DNA of 64,000 bases from Candidatus Acidiferrum sp. Its GTDB lineage: Bacteria; Acidobacteriota; Terriglobia; Acidiferrales; UBA7541. The stretch spans positions 8,358-72,357 of the forward strand of contig DATEHE010000008.1 in assembly GCA_035279745.1 (NCBI GenBank), written 5' to 3'. The notes below the pieces were generated by a model. That model did no database searches. It saw nothing but the letters and a program-made list of their open reading frames with translations, and was not told the origin of the DNA. This document shows, in pieces, positions 49,905 through 59,889 of this stretch (positions are counted from its first letter, which is position 1; each line of letters opens with the position of its first letter). The position numbers and the translations under genes were made by a program.

Positions 49905-51185
49905 ATGAAGTTCGGATCCAGATTGCTCCTCGCGTGCCTCCTATTTCTGTGCTGCGCCAATCGAGCGCCGGCACAAAAAGCCTCTTCGCCCAGCCAGCCC
50001 GAAAAACTCACTGCACTTCTCGCCGAAGGGGAGAAAAACAATCCTCAGATTCAGGCCGCGCGCCACGCGTGGGACTCCGCGAAAGAGTTGCCATCTCAGG
50101 TTTCGACCCTGCCTGACCCGCAATTTGTGTTGCAACAGGTGAATGTCGGCAGTCCCCGGCCTTTTGCGGGCTATGCGAACAGCGATTTCGCTTACGTCGG
50201 GCTTGGTGTCTCACAAGATCTGCCGTATCCCGGAAAACTTCGGCTGCGCGGTGAGATTGCCAAGAAGGAGGCCGACGTTGAGCGGCAGAAGTATGAATCT
50301 GTTCGTCGCGAAGTTTTGTCTGCGATCAAGTCGGCTTACTTCCAATTGGCCTATTTCGCGAAGCGCAAAACAGTCCTGGACGAAGATGGCCAGTTGCTTG
50401 CCCAGGTCGAGCAGGCCGCCGAAGCCCGCTATCGCAACGGCATGGGTAACCAGCAGGAAGTCCTTCAAGCGCAGCTCGAACGCACCAAACTCTTGAGAGA
50501 GAAAACCACCAACACACTCGAAGCCGGAAAAATCCAAGCCGAAATAAAGCAAATGCTGAATCGGCAGCAATCTGCTCCGGACGTAGAGCCATCTGAACTC
50601 GCGGAAAGCCCCGTCGCGTACACGTATGAACAATTAGCAGCCGCAGCCGCGGCAAACAATCCTGATATTTCTGGCGCGCAGAAGATGGTCGAACGCCAGG
50701 CGCTCCAGGTGGATCTCGCCAGGAAGGATTTTTACCCTGACTTCAATTTCCAATTTATGTGGCAAAGGACCGACCCCACGCAATTCCGCGCCTATTACTC
50801 CTTCACCTTGGGCGTTCGCATCCCGATCTATAAACGGCGGCGTCAGCAACCTGAACTCGCACAGGCAAAAGCAGATGAAAACCGCGCCAAGAGCGAGCAA
50901 GAGGCGCAAAGCCAGGAGATTGCGTTTCGGCTTCGGCAGCAGTTCTTGGTCGCTGAAAAGTCGCTCGAGCTTCTGAAAATTTACCGCGAAGGCTTGATTC
51001 CCCAGGCGCGGGCGGAACTCCAGGCAGGCTTGGCCGCATATCAATCGAATCGCCAGGATTTTCAAGCGTTGCTCGCCTCCTTCCTCGATGTACTCAAGCT
51101 CGATGAGGAGTATTGGCAGACGCTCTCGGAACATGAGATTGCCGTGGGTCAAATCGAAGAACTAACTGGATTGTCGCTGCGCTGA
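49905..51185 (+). CDS. TolC-family outer membrane efflux protein (CusC/CzcC-like)
   Basis: Signal peptide and two OEP repeats. Its stop abuts the start of the adaptor gene. Confidence 0.85.
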   Translation: MKFGSRLLLACLLFLCCANRAPAQKASSPSQPEKLTALLAEGEKNNPQIQAARHAWDSAKELPSQVSTLPDPQFVLQQVNVGSPRPFAGYANSDFAYVGLGVSQDLPYPGKLRLRGEIAKKEADVERQKYESVRREVLSAIKSAYFQLAYFAKRKTVLDEDGQLLAQVEQAAEARYRNGMGNQQEVLQAQLERTKLLREKTTNTLEAGKIQAEIKQMLNRQQSAPDVEPSELAESPVAYTYEQLAAAAAANNPDISGAQKMVERQALQVDLARKDFYPDFNFQFMWQRTDPTQFRAYYSFTLGVRIPIYKRRRQQPELAQAKADENRAKSEQEAQSQEIAFRLRQQFLVAEKSLELLKIYREGLIPQARAELQAGLAAYQSNRQDFQALLASFLDVLKLDEEYWQTLSEHEIAVGQIEELTGLSLR

Positions 51186-52778
51186 ATGCCGCAGCCCGGG
51201 AGCAAGATCATGAACAACTACCGAAAACCATTCTTACTGGCACTCGCGGGGAACATACTTTTTATTGCGGTTCTCGCCGGAATCTGGTGGACCGGTCGAA
51301 AACCAGCCCAATCTCAACACGCCGCTTCGCCAGTGGCAAATCTCCCGGCGCAGCCGGCTCAGGACAATCTCTCTGCCGCCGCACAACTCTCCGCCGAAAG
51401 CCCTCTTGCGCCAGTGCAACTTTCCGCCGAACGCTTGCAATCCATCGGAGTGAAATTTGGTGTGGTCGAGCGGAAAAAGGTCCTGGGTGAAATCCGTACA
51501 ACAGGGACGGTTGCCATAGACGAAACGCGACTCTCTTACGTTCAGACTCGAATTTCCGGCCACATCGAGCAAGTCTTTGCGGACTCGACCTACCAGTACA
51601 TTCGTAAGGATCAACCGCTCTTCACCATTCATAGTCCGGAATTGATCGCCGCCGAGCGGGAATACCTGCTTGCAAAACAAAATGCGCAGAATCTCTCACA
51701 CAGCACCATTCCAGGCGTCGCCCAAAGCGCCTCATCGCTTTTGGGATCCTCGAGGGAGCGGCTGGAGCAATGGGATATTCCTGCGCGGGAGATTGCGCGG
51801 CTTGAATCCAGCGGCGAGGTGACAAACGCGCTGGAAATTGACTCTCCGGTCACCGGCTATATCACCGAGCGAAATGCATTGCCGAATCTTTTGGTCCAGC
51901 CGGACACGCGGCTGTACACGGTGGCAGACCTTTCGACGGTATGGGTGCTCGCGCAGATTTTTCAGAATGATCTCGCTCGCATCCATGCCGGTACGCCTGC
52001 CTCGTTTTCGCTTGATTCTTATCCGGGCCGTGTCTTCCGCGGCCGTGTTGACTTCGTCTACCCCGACGTGGACCCCGCAACCCGCACTGTGCGCGCGCGA
52101 CTGGTCTTCTCCAATCCGAATCTCATGCTGAAACCCGGCATGTTTGTGAACGTGAACTTACAAATCCCTCAGGGCTTTCAGGTTGTCATCCCCACGAGCG
52201 GAGTCTTGCAGTCCGGTACGCGGCAAATCGTATTCGTTGACCGGGGCGCGGGCTATCTCGAACCACGCGACGTACAGTTGGGAACGCAAGCGGGCGATGA
52301 ATATATCGTCCTAAAGGGATTGCAACCCGGCGAACGCATCGTGACGTCGGCGAATTTCCTGATCGATTCGGAAAGCCAGCTGCAAGCTGCTATCGGTTCA
52401 TTTGCGCCTCCGCCTCCTGGTGCAGGCGCGGCAGCAGCCATGAACGGTCCTACTCCACAAACGCAAATCGAGTTTTCGACTGATCCCGCCGCACCTCATA
52501 AGGGAATAAATCTCTACCGCGTAAAACTTGCTGGAGCGGACGGCGCTCCCGTTTCCGGCGCGCAGGTTGAAGTTCGAAGTTTCATGGCGGCAATGCCGCA
52601 AATGGGCATGGCGGCAATGAAAATCCAAACGCAACTGTCCGAGAAGGCCAATGGAGTTTACGAAGGCCAGGTAAATTTTGAAGACGGCGGCACTTGGCAA
52701 CTCACTATTATGGCGACAAGGAGCGGTGCGACGCTCGCAACCAAACAGCTCAGCCTGAATGTGGAAGGGGGGATGTAG
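51186..52778 (+). CDS. efflux RND periplasmic adaptor (CusB-like) with a Met-rich C-terminal extra domain
   Basis: HlyD/MFP core and a C-terminal segment of about 110 aa with MAAMPQMGMAAM and DGGTWQLTIMA (YtkA/FixH-like). Confidence 0.85.
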   Translation: MPQPGSKIMNNYRKPFLLALAGNILFIAVLAGIWWTGRKPAQSQHAASPVANLPAQPAQDNLSAAAQLSAESPLAPVQLSAERLQSIGVKFGVVERKKVLGEIRTTGTVAIDETRLSYVQTRISGHIEQVFADSTYQYIRKDQPLFTIHSPELIAAEREYLLAKQNAQNLSHSTIPGVAQSASSLLGSSRERLEQWDIPAREIARLESSGEVTNALEIDSPVTGYITERNALPNLLVQPDTRLYTVADLSTVWVLAQIFQNDLARIHAGTPASFSLDSYPGRVFRGRVDFVYPDVDPATRTVRARLVFSNPNLMLKPGMFVNVNLQIPQGFQVVIPTSGVLQSGTRQIVFVDRGAGYLEPRDVQLGTQAGDEYIVLKGLQPGERIVTSANFLIDSESQLQAAIGSFAPPPPGAGAAAAMNGPTPQTQIEFSTDPAAPHKGINLYRVKLAGADGAPVSGAQVEVRSFMAAMPQMGMAAMKIQTQLSEKANGVYEGQVNFEDGGTWQLTIMATRSGATLATKQLSLNVEGGM

Positions 52779-52780
52779 CC

Positions 52781-55700
52781 ATGATCTCCCGCGTGATTGA
52801 TTGGTGCGCCGGCAATCGATTTCTCGTTTTCACGGGAACCCTCCTGCTGCTTCTCGCGGGAATCTGGTCGCTCAAAAATATTCCGCTCGACGCGCTGCCG
52901 GACATTTCCGATGTACAAGTCATCGTGCACGTGCCGGGGGAGGGGCAGCCGCCGAACATCATCGAAGATCAGGTCACCTATCCCATCGTGACGACGCTGC
53001 TTGCCGCGCCTCATGTCAAAGCAGTGCGTGCGCAGACCATGTTTGGAGACTCCTACATCTTTGTGGTCTTTGAAGACGGCACCGATCTCTATTGGGCGCG
53101 TTCTCGCGTGCTCGAATATATCCAGCAACTCCAGGGCGTCCTGCCGAAGAACGTGTCGCCCATGATTGGTCCCGACGCAACCGGCGCCGGCTGGGTTTAC
53201 GAATACGCAGTGATTGATCGTTCTCATCAACACAGCCTCGCTGATTTGCGCGCGCTACAGGACTGGTATCTCCGTTATCAATTGGAAACGGTGCCGGGCG
53301 TTGCCGAAGTCGCTTCCATCGGCGGATTCACTCGCCAATACCAGGTGAATCTTGATCCGAACAAACTTCGCGCCTACAACATTCCGCTTTCCACGGTAAT
53401 CGATCGTGTTCGCGACAGTACGAATGAAGTCGGCGGCCGCGTCCTGGAAATGGGCGGAGCGCAGTACATGATTCGCGGGCTCGGCTATCTGCGTTCGCTG
53501 CAAGATCTCGAGACAGTTCCCGTGGCGACGAAGAATGGCACGCCGGTCCTCGTAAGCGATCTCGGAACAGTCTCCTTCGGACCGGATATTCGGCAGGGTG
53601 TAGCCGAGTGGAACGGCGAAGGCGAAGCGGTGGGCGGAATCATTGTCATGCGGGACGGCATGAATGCGCTCGACGTGATTGATGGCGTTAAGAAAAAGCT
53701 TGCCGCGATTAAACGCTCGCTCCCTCCCGGAGTTGAAATAGTTTCCGGCTATGACCGGTCTGGCTTAATCCAAGCGTCAATCAAAACACTGCAGCGGGAT
53801 CTCCTCGAGGAAGCGCTCATCGTGAGCTTTGTGACCATCGCCTTCTTGTTTCATTTCCGTTCCGCGCTGATTCCGATTCTCACTCTTCCCATCGCGGTCT
53901 TGGCTTCCTTCATCCCGATGTACTTTCTCCACGTAAGTTCAAACATCATGTCGCTAGGCGGCCTTGCCCTCGCTATAGGTGTGTTAATCGATGCCGCGAT
54001 CGTGATGGTCGAAAATGGCTACCGCCATTTGTCGGAATACATTCCCGCCGCAGGCCCTCCCGCTGGGAAGCTGAAAGAAAAGGATCGCCGGCGAATTCTG
54101 ATGGGCGCTGCGAAGCAGGTCGGCCCGGCCATCTTTTTTTCTTTGCTGATTATTCTGGTCTCGTTTCTGCCTGTGTTCCTTCTCGAAGCCCAGGAAGGTC
54201 GAATGTTTCGGCCTCTTGCGTGGACGAAAACGCTCTCCGTTGCATTTTCCTCCATTCTTGCCATCACGCTGGTTCCAGTCCTGATGATGATTTTCATTCG
54301 CGGGCATCTCCGGCCGGAATCCACGAATCCATTTTCGCGCTGGACGCAGGCCATTTACCTCCCTGTTTTGCGCCTGTGCCTGCGTTATCGTAAAACGACG
54401 CTGCTTCTCAACCTGATTTTTCTGGTTGTAACGCTGCCACTCGCGTGGCGCATGGGCAGCCAGTTCATGCCGCCACTCTATGAAGGCTCCTCGCTCTATA
54501 TGCCCACCGCTCTCCCCGGCATTTCGATCACGCAAGCCTCCGCGCTGCTGCAAGAGCAGGACCGCATTATCAAATCATTCCCCGAGGTCGAGAGCGTCTT
54601 CGGTGCCGTGGGCCGTTCGGACAGCCCCACGGACAACGCGCCGCTCGACATGTACGACACAACCATCATGCTGAAACCCCGCGAACAGTGGCGCCCCGGC
54701 ATGACCTACGAGAAACTGATCCGCGAGTTGGACGAGAAGCTTCAGTTTCCAGGCTTGACGAATACCTGGACGATGCCCGTGCAAAATCGGCTCGACATGG
54801 AGCTGACAGGCATCAAGACGCCTGTGGGACTTAAAATCCAGGGACCCAGTGTCGAAGGCATTCAACAAGCAGGCGCTCAGTTGCAACAAATCCTCGGCGG
54901 GATTCCGGAACTCCGTTCCGTCTTCGCCGAGCGTGTGGCCGAAGGCTTCTACATCAATGTAGAAGTGAATCGTCCCGAAGCCGCGCGCTACGGCCTCACC
55001 GTCGCGGACGTGCAGCGAGCCGTAAGCTCAGGCATCGGAGGCGAAAACGTCGCAGAAAATATTGAAGGCCGCGAGCGATATCCCATCAACGTCCGGTACA
55101 ACCGGGATTTTCGGGATGATATTTCCCGGCTCGGGCAAGTGATTATTGCCACGCCGGCAGGAGCCCAAATTCCAATTTCCGAAGTCGCCAGGATTTATTT
55201 TTCGCGCGGCCCGGCCATGATTCGCGACGAGGATGGCCTGCTCACGGGATACGTCTACCTGGACCTCGCGACGAAAGATTATGGCGGCTTCGTGGATAAA
55301 GCTAACCAACTTCTCAACGAAAAACTGCGGCTCCCCGCGGGGTATACCTACAAGTGGTCAGGAGAATATGAATTCGAGGTTCGCGCAAAGCAGAGGCTCA
55401 AGTTCATCGTCCCGATCGTCTTTTTTGTGATCTTCCTACTGCTCTATATGGTTTTCCACTCCGTTCTGGAAGCAGCGGTACTTATTTTCCCGACGTTTTA
55501 CGCAATGACCGGCGGGTTGATTCTCCAATATTGGCTCGGCTACAACTTCAGCGTGGCCGTTTGGGTCGGCTATATCGCGCTTTTCGGAATCGCCGTCGAG
55601 ACGGGCGTCGTCATGGTGGTCTATCTCCATGAATCGCTGGATAAACGAATCGCCTCCGGTGTCCCTCTTAAGCATGAAGATATCGAGGCCGCTGCCATCG

Positions 55701-55945
55701 AAGGCGCGGTTCAGCGCCTCCGCCCGAAGCTGATGACCGTGGCTGCCGTCCTCGCCAGTCTGATTCCCATCCTCTGGGAGGGCGGAATCGGCTCCGATGT
55801 GATGAAGCCCATCGCTGCGCCCATCGTTGGCGGCATGATTACGTCGACTATCCACGTCCTGATTTTGGTTCCTGTTTTCTTTGCGCTGATGAAAGAGCGC
55901 GCCCTCAGAACTGGCGCCCTGAGCGCTAAGCCACTCGATGACTAG
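52781..55945 (+). CDS. cusA: heavy-metal efflux RND transporter, CusA type
   Basis: 12-TM RND layout. Methionines lie in the same local contexts as the E. coli CusA Cu(I)/Ag(I) triad (YMPTALPG, APLDMYDTT, RLDMELTG). The ATG at 52781 comes right after the adaptor stop. Confidence 0.9.
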   Translation: MISRVIDWCAGNRFLVFTGTLLLLLAGIWSLKNIPLDALPDISDVQVIVHVPGEGQPPNIIEDQVTYPIVTTLLAAPHVKAVRAQTMFGDSYIFVVFEDGTDLYWARSRVLEYIQQLQGVLPKNVSPMIGPDATGAGWVYEYAVIDRSHQHSLADLRALQDWYLRYQLETVPGVAEVASIGGFTRQYQVNLDPNKLRAYNIPLSTVIDRVRDSTNEVGGRVLEMGGAQYMIRGLGYLRSLQDLETVPVATKNGTPVLVSDLGTVSFGPDIRQGVAEWNGEGEAVGGIIVMRDGMNALDVIDGVKKKLAAIKRSLPPGVEIVSGYDRSGLIQASIKTLQRDLLEEALIVSFVTIAFLFHFRSALIPILTLPIAVLASFIPMYFLHVSSNIMSLGGLALAIGVLIDAAIVMVENGYRHLSEYIPAAGPPAGKLKEKDRRRILMGAAKQVGPAIFFSLLIILVSFLPVFLLEAQEGRMFRPLAWTKTLSVAFSSILAITLVPVLMMIFIRGHLRPESTNPFSRWTQAIYLPVLRLCLRYRKTTLLLNLIFLVVTLPLAWRMGSQFMPPLYEGSSLYMPTALPGISITQASALLQEQDRIIKSFPEVESVFGAVGRSDSPTDNAPLDMYDTTIMLKPREQWRPGMTYEKLIRELDEKLQFPGLTNTWTMPVQNRLDMELTGIKTPVGLKIQGPSVEGIQQAGAQLQQILGGIPELRSVFAERVAEGFYINVEVNRPEAARYGLTVADVQRAVSSGIGGENVAENIEGRERYPINVRYNRDFRDDISRLGQVIIATPAGAQIPISEVARIYFSRGPAMIRDEDGLLTGYVYLDLATKDYGGFVDKANQLLNEKLRLPAGYTYKWSGEYEFEVRAKQRLKFIVPIVFFVIFLLLYMVFHSVLEAAVLIFPTFYAMTGGLILQYWLGYNFSVAVWVGYIALFGIAVETGVVMVVYLHESLDKRIASGVPLKHEDIEAAAIEGAVQRLRPKLMTVAAVLASLIPILWEGGIGSDVMKPIAAPIVGGMITSTIHVLILVPVFFALMKERALRTGALSAKPLDD

Positions 55946-56193
55946 TCCGGTACGAATGCCAATGCAAGGGAAGGAAATACGAAGAAGCTCACAGGCGACC
56001 GCTGAGGGACACCAGTTGACAGCTCGCAGAAGGCGAAACGGTTCGGAAAAGCGACTATCTCCGAACGGTCGAGGCCGGGAGCGGAGGCGGAGAAGCAGGC
56101 GGGGGGTGGTTACCTAGGGAGATACTACCCCTATGGTTCTTGTAAGTGAGGATCGCAAAGGGTCAACCGGAGAGATTTGAGAGCGGTAAGTCC

Positions 56194-56240
56194 TTTAGAA
56201 TCCGCAGATCCGAGGGGGGTCCGTAAGTGCGGATTGTAAA
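56194..56240. repeat. hairpin element related to the one at 37709-37755
   Basis: TTTAGAATCCGCA (56194-56206) pairs with TGCGGATTGTAAA (56228-56240), 12 of 13 positions. The loop contains CCGAGGGG. The stem base and loop motif match the 37.7 kb copy. Confidence 0.5.
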
Positions 56241-56427
56241 TAAATTAATGAATAATATATTATATTTTAATATATTACAGGAGTAATAGGCGGAAGTTGG
56301 CCGACGATGCGAGGCCCCCCGCCCGCGACCGAAGTCTGTTGTTTGCCAAAGAGAAGATGGTAGTTCAGTTTCTGGGTCCCCGACCATTCTGCCACCACAC
56401 GCGCCATGAAGAGTGAACACTACCAAT

Positions 56428-57387
56428 TCAGAGATTTTCCGCCAATTCAAGTTTCGGAGCTTCTCGGGAAAGAAGCGCTCGAATATCGCGCTTCGGAGGT
56501 TGGCCGAAGAAACGGCTGTATTCGCGATTAAATTGCGTAGCGCTTTCGTAGCCGACCTCAAATGCTGCGCTGGCCGCGTCGAGACCGTTGTTTAGCATCA
56601 GGTTTCTCGCTGATTGAAGCCGGAGCTGTTTCTGGTACTGAAGAGGACTCATCGAGGTCAACACCCGGAAATGATGGTGTAGCGTGGATACACCCATACT
56701 CGCCAGCTGCGCAAGTTCCTCGACGCGCAGAGGCTTAGCGTAGTTCGCAGCGATCCACGCAACCGCTTTTGCTGTTCGGTGGCTTTGATCTCCAAGTGTT
56801 GCCACTGCGCGCAAACGGGCTCCCACGGTCCCGCGCAGGACTCGATAAATAATCTCCCGCTGAATTAGACCACTTAGGAAAGGAATGTCCCTTGGACTTT
56901 TTAAAAGATCCAACAATCGGCAGCATGCGCTCAGAAATTCAGGTGTTGTTGTGCCGATCGACATAGCAGGACTGTCGGATGTTGCCTCTACGACATGAAT
57001 TTCCTCATGACTAAGCAACTCGCGGACCATGGACATGTCCAACTTGAGCGAAAGCACAAGGCAAGGAAACTCCTCGGTTGCCTTGGCAACCCAGCTCACG
57101 ATCGGCAAATCTACCGCGGTCAACAGAAAATGTGACTCGTCGTAGATGAAACTTGTCGTACCCAGATTCACCTGCTTGCTACCTTGGGCGGCCACGATGA
57201 TGCCTGGATGGTAGGTCGTACGGCACGGAGGGGTTGGGGAACTCCGCCGATGGAGACTTACGCCTGAAATGTCGGTTATCCGATTCTCTTCCTTGCCGAT
57301 CAAGCACGCAATCTTGCGCGCCAGTTCGGCTCGCAGTTCGCGAGCCGAGTTTGCTTCCACGGTGTCATTCCCTTTGGTCTTTTTCAT
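56428..57387 (-). CDS. AraC family transcriptional regulator
   Basis: C-terminal double HTH (VEELAQLASMGVSTLHHHFR, AAFEVGYESATQFNREYSRFFG) and an AraC-N-type ligand domain. Confidence 0.85.
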   Translation of the reverse strand: MKKTKGNDTVEANSARELRAELARKIACLIGKEENRITDISGVSLHRRSSPTPPCRTTYHPGIIVAAQGSKQVNLGTTSFIYDESHFLLTAVDLPIVSWVAKATEEFPCLVLSLKLDMSMVRELLSHEEIHVVEATSDSPAMSIGTTTPEFLSACCRLLDLLKSPRDIPFLSGLIQREIIYRVLRGTVGARLRAVATLGDQSHRTAKAVAWIAANYAKPLRVEELAQLASMGVSTLHHHFRVLTSMSPLQYQKQLRLQSARNLMLNNGLDAASAAFEVGYESATQFNREYSRFFGQPPKRDIRALLSREAPKLELAENL

Positions 57388-57569
57388 ACCCTGGATCTAA
57401 ACATTCCTTCCCAAGATAGTCGCCGGAAACTAGGAAAGCATCAATTTTCCACGTGCCAAGAGGAATAGGCAATGAACAGGCAGAATCGGGCTACCAGCAA
57501 ACGGTCCTTTGCCCGTAGAGTCGGGATGCAACGAAAACACACTCAAGATGCGCACACTCGGAGAGAGCC

Positions 57570-58073
57570 ATGAAAACCCTAATCATAGGCCTGTCTTTAT
57601 TGACAATGCTTGCGCAATCGATCTACGCGCAGCAGCCGCCACCACCGCCATCGGAAACCTTTAAGACCGCTGCGAGCCACACACCCGAACAACAAGAAAT
57701 CATCAATCTTTCAAAAAAGAAATGGGATTGGATGGCAGACAAGAATGTAGATTCCTTAAAGAACCTGTTTGATGACAAAGCTATGTTCGTTCACATGGGA
57801 GGAACCTGGGGGAAGACCCAGGAGCTTACTACCATTGAAAGCGGCGGCATCTGGTATAAGAAAGCGGCGGTTTACGCAGTTGAGGTCAACATATTTGGTA
57901 ATTCAGCTGTCCTGTTAAATGACATTGATTTGCAGGCAGTCGTCGGTGGACACGAAGTCACCAATGCTTTTATGGTGACTGAGGTATATATCAAAGAAAG
58001 CGGCCACTGGAAGATGGCCCAACTCACGTTCTCGCATCTGCTTAGGCCTGTCAAAATGGATAACCGCAATTGA
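57570..58073 (+). CDS. NTF2-like (DUF4440/SnoaL-like) exported protein
   Basis: Signal peptide, then a KKKWDWMADKNVDSLKNLFDD...HWKMAQLTFS pattern. It is divergent from the AraC gene. Confidence 0.6.
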   Translation: MKTLIIGLSLLTMLAQSIYAQQPPPPPSETFKTAASHTPEQQEIINLSKKKWDWMADKNVDSLKNLFDDKAMFVHMGGTWGKTQELTTIESGGIWYKKAAVYAVEVNIFGNSAVLLNDIDLQAVVGGHEVTNAFMVTEVYIKESGHWKMAQLTFSHLLRPVKMDNRN

Positions 58074-58155
58074 CATACAGATCGTGCGAGAGCGGAATCT
58101 GCCACAAAAGTCGCGCTCATGGTGTTGGTCAAAAGCCCGAAGTTAGCGGCTGTAG

Positions 58156-59022
<867 letters not shown>

Positions 59023-59140
59023 CAGGATTAACAGCTCGTCCTTTCCGCCGCCGTGCGCCGGCTCGATCCGCAGAAGGGCGGGCGTCCTCGCCGCGCGATG
59101 GCGTCTCGCGAGCAGACGGAGCTGGCCTTTTGAAAGTTTT

Positions 59141-59797
59141 TTGCCACGACAAGACTGGAAAACGTCCCGCCTGTCCCCGATTTCCAACATTGCGCCAACG
59201 CAGCCAGTCCTGACCGTCCGCAAAGAAGACGGCAAAAAGTCTCGGCACTTCACAACTATGCGTTGGGGACTGATTCCCTCCTGGGCCAAAGACATGAGCA
59301 TCGGAACTCGGACGCTGAACGCCCGGTCGGAGACGGTCACAACGACACCGGCATTTCGAGATTCGATTTTGACGAAGCGCTGCCTCATCCCCGCGGATGG
59401 CTTTTACGAATGGAACAAAATGGGATCGGTGAAGCAGCCGTATTGTCTTGAAGTTGGGGAGGGCGAGGTGTTTGCGCTCGCCGGATTGTGGGATCAGTGG
59501 ACGAGGCCTGACGGAGAAATCATTGAGAGTTGCACGGTGCTGACGACTTCGCCGAATTCGCTTGTTGAAGATTTGCACAACCGTATGCCGGCTATCGTCG
59601 CACCGGAGAAATACGACCTGTGGCTTGATCCCGACGTGACCGACTTCGAGGCAATTCGCGAAATTCTCAAACCCTACGATGCAAGCTTGATGCGCCGGTA
59701 TCCGGTCAGCAGGAAACTCAACAATTCAAGAATTGACGACGCAGAGTCGGCATCGCCTGCGACGTTAGACACTCCGGCTCAGGCGAGATTCTTGTAG
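59141..59797 (+). CDS. SOS response-associated peptidase (SRAP/YedK-like) domain protein, N-terminus apparently disrupted
   Basis: Contains NIAPTQ, NARSET, PADGFYEW and HNRMPAIV motifs. The ORF starts at a TTG and lacks the Met-Cys-Gly-Arg N-terminus. Confidence 0.7.
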   Translation: MPRQDWKTSRLSPISNIAPTQPVLTVRKEDGKKSRHFTTMRWGLIPSWAKDMSIGTRTLNARSETVTTTPAFRDSILTKRCLIPADGFYEWNKMGSVKQPYCLEVGEGEVFALAGLWDQWTRPDGEIIESCTVLTTSPNSLVEDLHNRMPAIVAPEKYDLWLDPDVTDFEAIREILKPYDASLMRRYPVSRKLNNSRIDDAESASPATLDTPAQARFL

Positions 59798-59889
59798 CAG
59801 TGGTGATCCGGGCGAAGTGGAAAACGAATCGAGATTTCCTTGCGTGTCCGCTCGCAAGCTGTGAAAGAGATGCCCGAGAGCAGTTGCGG

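Noticed and set aside
55946-56240. Direct repeat of the tRNA-Thr 3' end marking the far island junction
   Set aside because: Only weak G-rich similarity was found (for example GAGCGGAGGCGG versus GGGCGGAGGGGT, 9/12). That is not enough to call an att site.
56163-56561. 132-aa minus-strand ORF spanning the A/T 37-mer
   Set aside because: It runs through the near-pure A/T tract and overlaps the 3' end of the AraC gene. Its translation (…FINLFTIRTY…) looks non-coding.
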